Positions 18,276-23,977 of a stretch of 58,266 nucleotides of DNA are shown piece after piece. The notes below the pieces were generated by a model. It saw nothing but the letters and a program-made list of their open reading frames with translations, did no database searches and was not told the DNA's origin. A program made the translations under genes and the position numbers. The DNA comes from a virus (taxonomy: Duplodnaviria > Caudoviricetes), in the IMG/VR virus record IMGVR_UViG_3300027782_002369, positions 1 through 58,266 of that record, one strand, 5' to 3'. Within the stretch, counting starts at the first letter, position 1, and each line of letters begins with the position of its first letter.

Positions 18276-18303
18276 AGGGGGCTCTTGACAGCCCCCTTCT
18301 TTT
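18276..18303 (+). terminator. Terminator whose loop carries a -35 box
   Basis: AGGGGGCT-CTTGAC-AGCCCCCT-TCTTTT. Confidence 0.8.
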
Positions 18304-18313
18304 GAGTTATAAT
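18285..18313 (+). promoter_or_regulatory. Consensus sigma70 promoter
   Basis: TTGACA-N17-TATAAT, perfect. Confidence 0.88.
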
Positions 18314-18319
18314 TATATC

Positions 18320-18562
18320 ATGAAAAACTGGAACAAAACTAAACCCTCTCGACCTGGTTATATTGCCACTACAAATGGTAATAAAGCCGTCCTTAAAAAG
18401 GTTCGTTCAAAAACGAATCAAGACATCTATTATACCTATTCAAATTGGGCAACCAATGAGATTGAAGGTATCACTTTTATTCCTGTAGTCAAAACTATAC
18501 CTACTGGTGAAACACAAGTTATTCATTATATGCGTAAAGATAATTTGGAGTATGTAAAATGA
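18320..18562 (+). CDS. Hypothetical protein (probably leaderless)
   Basis: ATG 7 nt after the -10 box; EIEGITFIPVVK...HYMRKDNLEYVK. Confidence 0.7.
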   Translation: MKNWNKTKPSRPGYIATTNGNKAVLKKVRSKTNQDIYYTYSNWATNEIEGITFIPVVKTIPTGETQVIHYMRKDNLEYVK

Positions 18563-18765
18563 GTAAACTAATTGAACTTCAAACATTAGCAAATCAAAAG
18601 CATTTGTTTAATCCAAAGAATAAAGAACATGTTTTTTTATTAAAGACTTTTTTGAGTAGTAATAGGTGGGGTAAACCTTGTCCATTTCTCTTAGAAGAAC
18701 CATATCTAACTATACCGGATATGATAAAAGACAAATACATTAAATATCAATTGGGGGTAGAATGA
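18559..18765 (+). CDS. Hypothetical protein
   Basis: ATGA-coupled; WGKPCPFLLEEPYLTIP. Confidence 0.7.
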   Translation: MSKLIELQTLANQKHLFNPKNKEHVFLLKTFLSSNRWGKPCPFLLEEPYLTIPDMIKDKYIKYQLGVE

Positions 18766-18932
18766 ACTGGTTAAAATATTCTGGATGTAATATCACAATA
18801 AAGTTAAATCCGTTTCATTGGAGGCTTTCTTGTTCATATAATAAAACCAATGAGGCGTGGGAACAAGATGCTTTATTGATTGAGTTGTTGCCTATTACAA
18901 TTCGGCTTTGGGTAGATGACGGAAGTTGGTAA
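18762..18932 (+). CDS. Small hypothetical protein (56 aa), not in ORF track
   Basis: MNWLKYSGCNITIKLNPFHW...IRLWVDDGSW; ATGA and TAATG coupling to both neighbours. Confidence 0.7.
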   Translation: MNWLKYSGCNITIKLNPFHWRLSCSYNKTNEAWEQDALLIELLPITIRLWVDDGSW

Positions 18933-19366
18933 TGAAAGATAAGTTTATCCGTGCTTACATGGATGTGGCTCAAAGGTTCTCTCAATTATCTTCCGCCAAA
19001 CGATTACAGGTTGGTGCCATTGTAGTTAAGGATGACCGAATTATTAGTATTGGTTACAATGGTATGCCAAGTGGTTGGGATAACAACTGTGAGGATTATA
19101 TCCAGTTATCAGACGATACCATAACTACTAAAACCAAACCTGAGGTGATTCATGCAGAGGCCAATGCCATCGCTAAGTTGGCCAAAGGCAACGAATCTGG
19201 AGATGGTTCCACTATGTTCCTGACCCATGCTCCGTGTATTGACTGTGCTAAACAGATGTATGCCATGGGTGTCAAAACGGTATATTACCGTGATTCCTAC
19301 AAGTCCGATGAAGGCTTGACATTCTTAGAAAAATGTAGTATAATGGTATCTAAAGTAGAGAAGTAG
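18932..19366 (+). CDS. cd: dCMP deaminase
   Basis: VGAIVVKDDRIISIGYNG, HAEANA, PCIDC. Confidence 0.95.
   Translation: MKDKFIRAYMDVAQRFSQLSSAKRLQVGAIVVKDDRIISIGYNGMPSGWDNNCEDYIQLSDDTITTKTKPEVIHAEANAIAKLAKGNESGDGSTMFLTHAPCIDCAKQMYAMGVKTVYYRDSYKSDEGLTFLEKCSIMVSKVEK
19316..19344 (+). promoter_or_regulatory. Consensus sigma70 promoter inside the 3' end of cd
   Basis: TTGACA-N17-TATAAT. Confidence 0.75.
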
Positions 19367-19440
19367 TTTCACCAGGTGAAATTGATGTAGTTCATAAATA
19401 GCTTTATATTGGGTCAACTTATTAAGGAGAGAGGCCCCAA

Positions 19441-19944
19441 ATGCAGCTAAGTATAGTTGGTTGTCCCGATAAAAAGCGTTTTAGACCGTTTGTGAAGCGT
19501 GCTGCTCAGTTTTATGCAAAAGAATTAATATCTGAAAAGATGTTGGAAAACATTTTTGTTCGTATAAAATTCAATAAAGACATACCCGCTTATGGTTATG
19601 CTTCAGTTGAAGATTATAATGATAGTGGTAAACCAAGAGAATTTGAAATTGAAATCCATTCGGGTATTAGCGGATATGATATTTTAAAAACCTTGGCACA
19701 TGAGATGGTTCATGTTAAGCAATATATCTATGGAGAAACCAACGAAAAATTAACTCGTTGGAAAGGTGAAAGAGTTGATTCTGATACGATTGATTATTGG
19801 GTTCAACCTTGGGAAATAGAAGCACACGGATATGAAGCTGGTTTATTTACCAAGTTTGCTATTAAAGAAAAACTTTGGGAAGTATTTAATGGTGTTAGTA
19901 ATCCAGATGCAGATATTATTCCTGAACCATTGGGTTGGAAATAG
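19441..19944 (+). CDS. Putative zinc metallopeptidase (HExxH)
   Basis: TLAHEMVHVKQ, QPWEIEA; AAGGAG RBS; CATAAATA late-like promoter at 19393-19400. Confidence 0.75.
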   Translation: MQLSIVGCPDKKRFRPFVKRAAQFYAKELISEKMLENIFVRIKFNKDIPAYGYASVEDYNDSGKPREFEIEIHSGISGYDILKTLAHEMVHVKQYIYGETNEKLTRWKGERVDSDTIDYWVQPWEIEAHGYEAGLFTKFAIKEKLWEVFNGVSNPDADIIPEPLGWK

Positions 19945-19966
19945 ATTATATAAGTAGTAAACATTT

Positions 19967-19992
19967 AACCCTAGTTTTTACTAGGGTTTTTT
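19967..19992 (+). terminator. Rho-independent terminator-like hairpin
   Basis: AACCCTAGT-TTTT-ACTAGGGTT-TTTT. Confidence 0.75.
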
Positions 19993-20009
19993 ATTTTAAG
20001 GAGAGTATT

Positions 20010-20177
20010 ATGAAAAAGAAAACATCTCCTCAGCCACGAAACTATCTTGTCAAATTGGCATTGTTTCGTAAAGCAGGAGTTCATCGTAAGAGTAACAAAG
20101 CAGTAAGGCGTTTAGAGAAGTCTAAAAAGAGTGGTTATAGTAAAGTGTATTTTGGTATATTTTACTATAACCATTGA
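20010..20177 (+). CDS. Small basic protein, candidate ArfA-like ribosome rescue factor
   Basis: AAGGAG RBS; MKKKTSPQPRNYLVKLALFRKAGVHRKSNKAVRRLEKSKK followed by a hydrophobic tail encoded by a 21-bp stem; function is inference. Confidence 0.6.
   Translation: MKKKTSPQPRNYLVKLALFRKAGVHRKSNKAVRRLEKSKKSGYSKVYFGIFYYNH
20130..20175 (+). other. 21-bp RNA hairpin (RNase III-like substrate) in the 3' end of the ORF
   Basis: AGTGGTTATAGTAAAGTGTAT-TTTG-GTATATTTTACTATAACCATT; fully paired with 4 G-U wobbles. Confidence 0.85.
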
Positions 20178-20202
20178 CAATAATGTATAAGTAGTATATA
20201 GT
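20174..20202 (+). promoter_or_regulatory. sigma70 promoter for the tRNA block
   Basis: TTGACA-N17-TATAGT; late-like TATAAGTA in the spacer. Confidence 0.75.
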
Positions 20203-20211
20203 ATTAAATAT

Positions 20212-20278
20212 GCGGTGTGTAATAGTACGGTGTGAGATACCCTCTTATATTATCTGAGCAAAGCAGACCACCGCTCCA
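20212..20278 (+). ncRNA. Minimal tRNA-Gly-like RNA (67 nt)
   Basis: Acceptor GCGGTG/CACCGC-T-CCA, 3-bp D arm, 9-bp anticodon-like arm, 4-bp T arm with non-canonical loop AGCAAAG. Confidence 0.65.
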
Positions 20279-20284
20279 AATTTT

Positions 20285-20358
20285 GCGGGATTAGTTTAAT
20301 GGTAAAACTAGAGGTTTCCAACCTCTCGTTATTGGTTCGATTCCAATATCCCGCTCCA
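20285..20358 (+). tRNA. tRNA-Gly(TCC)
   Basis: GCGGGAT/ATCCCGC-T-CCA, anticodon arm AGAGG-TT-TCC-AA-CCTCT, GGTTCGATT T loop. Confidence 0.96.
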
Positions 20359-20375
20359 TTATTAAAGGCACCAAT

Positions 20376-20531
20376 ATGACAGCAGAAATATTGCATATTT
20401 GCATAGTGTGTAATCATCTCCACGACAACGAAAAAGAAGGCGAATGGGAACAATTGCCTGAAGAATTTAAATGTCCAACCTGTGGTTGTAATAAAGATGA
20501 ATATCGTGACGAACTCTGGCACTCGGTTTAA
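20376..20531 (+). CDS. Rubredoxin (51 aa), not in ORF track
   Basis: HICIVCNH...WEQLPEEFKCPTCG: two CxxC motifs with the W-x-x-LP-x-x-F-x-CP-x-CG signature. Confidence 0.85.
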   Translation: MTAEILHICIVCNHLHDNEKEGEWEQLPEEFKCPTCGCNKDEYRDELWHSV

Positions 20532-20551
20532 TTTAATTACAATTATCTTAT

Positions 20552-21169
20552 ATGAATAATAATAATTGTTTTGAAAAGTTAAATCTACACCTATCAAACA
20601 ATCATCCAATTTGGGCTGAGCATTTAAATTATGATTACGGCCATGTTGATGTTCGTTTATACAGCGAAAAGAAAACTTTCCTTAGATACTCCTTACCTGA
20701 TGATTATTTTAAAGGCGAAGCTATCTACGAGGTAATGCAGCAATACAAATTAAAAGCTAAGATTTTTTTAATGGAACCTGGATATTTGTATAATTGGCAT
20801 CGTGATGCGTGGCGTAATATAGCATTTAATATGTTACTAACAGATGATCCAAATTATATTTTAGCATTTGCGCACACTTGTGGTCCAGATCAAATAATTG
20901 ATCCAAACGAATTTATGTACAGTCCTTTTACATCACTACGATATGAATCAAATACACTTTATTTGTTAAATTCACAAATTCCACATTTAGTTTTTAATTA
21001 TGGAACAGTTAATAGATATTTGTTAACGATTGCTCATTACGAATCTCAGCCAGTGCCATCTTATTTTCAAAAACCAGCTGATCAAACATCTTATGTAGCT
21101 ACTGTTACTGACTTAGACAGCAAAGGATTAATTGTAAATGCAAGTGGTGATTCTAACAACCAATACTGA
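20552..21169 (+). CDS. Putative Fe(II)/2OG-type dioxygenase (cupin/DSBH)
   Basis: FLMEPGYLYNWHRD (HxD) ... LLNSQIPHLVFN (distal H) ... RYLLTI. Confidence 0.6.
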   Translation: MNNNNCFEKLNLHLSNNHPIWAEHLNYDYGHVDVRLYSEKKTFLRYSLPDDYFKGEAIYEVMQQYKLKAKIFLMEPGYLYNWHRDAWRNIAFNMLLTDDPNYILAFAHTCGPDQIIDPNEFMYSPFTSLRYESNTLYLLNSQIPHLVFNYGTVNRYLLTIAHYESQPVPSYFQKPADQTSYVATVTDLDSKGLIVNASGDSNNQY

Positions 21170-22574
21170 TTCAGAAAGACAAGTTAGATATTTGGGTCCT
21201 TATCAAATTGCTTGGTGGTTAAGAACCAATGGATTTTCTACACAGGTGTTAGATTTTTTATACTTTATGACCAAAGAAGAAAGATTATGTCTTTTTAAAA
21301 AATTTATAACACACGAAACTAAAGTTGTAGGTTATGCTCCTTTTTGTATTCTAAATAGTCAACAACGCTTAGAAAAAAGTGAACAACCAATATTTGATAT
21401 TCTTTTTGAGATTAAAGAAAACTTTCCTTGGGTTAAAATAGTTACCGGAGGACAATGGGTTCAAAATTTCTTAAAATATGAACATAAAAAAATTAATTTT
21501 AAACTAGATGGTATTTTTACGGGAGAAGCCGAACAATCATTTTTAGAATATTGTAACCACATTTTTAAAGGCACACCTGCTCCTACTTTTACGTTAGGCC
21601 CCGGCCTTAACAAAATTTATAGTACTACTACCGTATATAATATTCAATCATGTAACATGATATTTGCAGAAAATGATTTTATTTTGCCAGGCGAATCTTT
21701 ACCCTTAGAATTTAGTCGGGGCTGTATTTTTAAATGTAAGTTCTGTCAGTATCCACATATTGGAAAAGACAAAGATGATTTTAACAAAGATATGGAAAAT
21801 ATTAGAGATTCTTTAATTTCTAATTATGAAAAGTTTGGTACTGTTAATTATCACATAACAGATGATACATTAAATTCACACCGAGAGCGAACTAAACAAT
21901 TTTATTTAATGGTAAAAGAATTGCCTTTTAAAATTGAATTTGTTGGCTATGTTAGAATGGATTTAATTAGTATATGGCCGGAACAATTAGAAATATTACC
22001 AGAATCCGGTCTAATAAGCTGCCATTTTGGAATTGAATCGTTTGACCCATTATCTTGCAAAATAATTGGAAAAGGTTGGGGAGCTAAAAATCATAAGCCT
22101 TTTTTGACATATATAGGAAAAGAATGGGGTGATGATGTTATTGTACGAACATCGATGATTGCGGGTTTAGGAAAAGAAACAGAAAAAGATTGGAAAGAAG
22201 CAAACGAATGGTTTCTTGCGTCTAAAGTACATGATTGGTTTTGGAATCCACTGGATTTATTTCCTAAATTAGGTCTAAGTGAATTTGAAAAGAATCCAGA
22301 AAAATATGGTTATCGTTTTAATAGTAATAATGACGAATGGGAAACCGATTATACGACAAAACAACAAGCAAGAGAATGGTGTAAAAAACAATGGAGTGAA
22401 ACTCGGTCAGTTAGAATACCGTCCGCTTGGGATTATTCATCTTTAAGAAATTTAGGATTTAGTAAAGATTATTTGTTAAAAACGAATTACAAAGATTCAT
22501 ATAATGATAGAGTAAGTATGAACCTAAGTAATAAAATGGTTCAATCTTATTATAAAATGGCAATGGAATATTAG
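21138..22574 (+). CDS. B12-binding-type radical SAM protein
   Basis: LGPYQIA/KIVTGG N-terminal domain; LEFSRGCIFKCKFC (CxxxCxxC); ITDDTLN; HFGIES; MIAGLGKET. Confidence 0.88.
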   Translation: MQVVILTTNTDSERQVRYLGPYQIAWWLRTNGFSTQVLDFLYFMTKEERLCLFKKFITHETKVVGYAPFCILNSQQRLEKSEQPIFDILFEIKENFPWVKIVTGGQWVQNFLKYEHKKINFKLDGIFTGEAEQSFLEYCNHIFKGTPAPTFTLGPGLNKIYSTTTVYNIQSCNMIFAENDFILPGESLPLEFSRGCIFKCKFCQYPHIGKDKDDFNKDMENIRDSLISNYEKFGTVNYHITDDTLNSHRERTKQFYLMVKELPFKIEFVGYVRMDLISIWPEQLEILPESGLISCHFGIESFDPLSCKIIGKGWGAKNHKPFLTYIGKEWGDDVIVRTSMIAGLGKETEKDWKEANEWFLASKVHDWFWNPLDLFPKLGLSEFEKNPEKYGYRFNSNNDEWETDYTTKQQAREWCKKQWSETRSVRIPSAWDYSSLRNLGFSKDYLLKTNYKDSYNDRVSMNLSNKMVQSYYKMAMEY

Positions 22575-22580
22575 TAATAT

Positions 22581-22655
22581 AGCGGGGTAGCTCAGAGGTA
22601 GAGCATTGGACTCATAATCCAGGGGCCGTAGGTTCGATTCCTTCCCCCGCAACCA
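22581..22655 (+). tRNA. tRNA-Met(CAT), initiator-like acceptor stem
   Basis: AGCGGGG/CCCCGCA-A-CCA with 1:72 mismatch; CT-CAT-AA loop; GGTTCGATT. Confidence 0.9.
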
Positions 22656-22671
22656 ACTTTAAGGAGATAAT

Positions 22672-22812
22672 ATGTCAGATGATAAAAAATTCCGTGAAGA
22701 ACAACTACAAAAAGTTCGCAATTTAAAAACAGTAGGTCCTGCTCCTAAAATAAACAAACCAAAATTTGTTCCTAAGATGACTGTTCAACGAAAGGCTGGT
22801 AGAGGAAGATGA
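22672..22812 (+). CDS. Small basic protein (46 aa), not in ORF track
   Basis: AAGGAG RBS; MSDDKKFREEQLQKV...VQRKAGRGR. Confidence 0.7.
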   Translation: MSDDKKFREEQLQKVRNLKTVGPAPKINKPKFVPKMTVQRKAGRGR

Positions 22813-22940
22813 CCGAAAAAGAACATGATCCGGTTGAAGAGCAGGATTCAAAGAATGAAGATGATGAGTTCCAGCGTATAGAACGGGAACAAGAGCAAAA
22901 AGAAAAATATAAACAACCTAGTGCGGCCATTTGGCCATAG
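22809..22940 (+). CDS. Small acidic protein (43 aa), not in ORF track
   Basis: ATGA-coupled; MTEKEHDPVEEQDSKNEDDEFQRIE...AAIWP. Confidence 0.55.
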   Translation: MTEKEHDPVEEQDSKNEDDEFQRIEREQEQKEKYKQPSAAIWP

Positions 22941-22941
22941 G

Positions 22942-23031
22942 TTATTTAAATTTGGCCAAACATTCCAAAGCGGCCAGTAGTAAAGAACCTACTACAACAA
23001 ATGTGAATATAATAATTGGTAATTTATTCAT
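22942..23031 (-). CDS. Small single-TM peptide (29 aa)
   Basis: MNKLPIIIFTFVVVGSLLLAALECLAKFK; GAGG RBS on the minus strand. Confidence 0.6.
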   Translation of the reverse strand: MNKLPIIIFTFVVVGSLLLAALECLAKFK

Positions 23032-23046
23032 AATAACCTCAATTAA

Positions 23047-23133
23047 TTAACGTGTGAATGCTCCCGATTCTACTATCATCAGAACTACACACAAAAGTAA
23101 GACACCAATAAAAATTAATGGTTGCTCTCTCAT
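23047..23133 (-). CDS. Small single-TM peptide (28 aa)
   Basis: MREQPLIFIGVLLLCVVLMIVESGAFTR; ATGA overlap with the upstream minus-strand gene. Confidence 0.6.
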   Translation of the reverse strand: MREQPLIFIGVLLLCVVLMIVESGAFTR

Positions 23134-23570
23134 TTATACAATTTAAAGAAATACGTCACTAGAGCAGCTGCCGTCATACACCACCAAAATACTTGCATTT
23201 GTTTTTGACGGTCAACATCCATTAATTTTTCTTCTGCAGAACGCTCTCTTTCCATTTTTGATTTTAGAGCTTCAATTTCACCCCAAGCATTCTTACCGTA
23301 TTTAGAAATTGCTTGTTTTTTAATGTTTTCTACTTCTTTTTCGTGAGCTTTATTTTTCTCATATTTCTCAAAAGCTCTGAATTCAGCCATAGAATCCATG
23401 TAGTCTTTTCGAGCTTTAGCTACCATTCTTTGGCGGTGTTGTTCACGCACAGCAGCTTCCATATCCGCTTGTTGGTCGGACACCACACCACCTAATTGTT
23501 TACCTACATTTTGAGCACCCTTTAATGTACTCACGGCGCCTTGAGCACCAGTAATAATTGGATCAGACAT
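23130..23570 (-). CDS. Coiled-coil protein with C-terminal TM anchor
   Basis: 146 aa, charged helical body, VFWWCMTAAALVTYFF tail; no competing + strand gene. Confidence 0.8.
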   Translation of the reverse strand: MSDPIITGAQGAVSTLKGAQNVGKQLGGVVSDQQADMEAAVREQHRQRMVAKARKDYMDSMAEFRAFEKYEKNKAHEKEVENIKKQAISKYGKNAWGEIEALKSKMERERSAEEKLMDVDRQKQMQVFWWCMTAAALVTYFFKLYK

Positions 23571-23590
23571 TTAATTATACCATTAATGTG

Positions 23591-23619
23591 TTGACAGGAG
23601 GGACAAAAAATAGTATAAT
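23591..23619 (+). promoter_or_regulatory. Consensus sigma70 promoter for the gp43 operon
   Basis: TTGACA-N17-TATAAT. Confidence 0.88.
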
Positions 23620-23640
23620 TACGATTCAAATCATCATAAG

Positions 23641-23648
23641 TATTTATA
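23641..23648 (-). promoter_or_regulatory. Late promoter on the minus strand
   Basis: TATTTATA on + equals TATAAATA on -; upstream of the only minus-strand operon. Confidence 0.75.
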
Positions 23649-23664
23649 TAATAAAGGAAATAAC

Positions 23665-23976
23665 ATGAAAATTCTAGCATTTAAATTGATTACCGGTGAA
23701 GATGTTCTTGGTGAAGTAGAGTCTGAATCTGAAACCGAATTTGTATTAGAAAATCCAGTTGGTATTGCCGTTGTTCGTGGTAAAGATGGTAATCCAAATA
23801 TTGGATTCTCTCCATTCCCAATCCATGCCGAACAAAAATCTGGTGCCACCATTGCCATCAGTAAGAAGAATGTAGTATACTCCTATGTTCCAGCACAAGA
23901 TTTTGTTGATAATTACAATCAAATCTTTGGTTCTGGTATTATTGTTCCACCACAAAAATCTTTGATTACAGGCTAA
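23665..23976 (+). CDS. Conserved T4-like hypothetical protein (Sm-like fold likely)
   Basis: FKLITGEDVLG...YNQIFGSGIIVP; AAGGA RBS; directly before gp43. Confidence 0.8.
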   Translation: MKILAFKLITGEDVLGEVESESETEFVLENPVGIAVVRGKDGNPNIGFSPFPIHAEQKSGATIAISKKNVVYSYVPAQDFVDNYNQIFGSGIIVPPQKSLITG

Positions 23977-23977
23977 A

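Noticed and set aside
19935-20009. Upstream TTG start for the small basic ORF as given in the track
   Set aside because: It would run through a terminator-like hairpin; AAGGAG plus ATG at 20010 is far more plausible
20250-20609. 119-aa minus-strand ORF in the track
   Set aside because: Antisense to tRNA-Gly and the rubredoxin gene, which explain the sequence better
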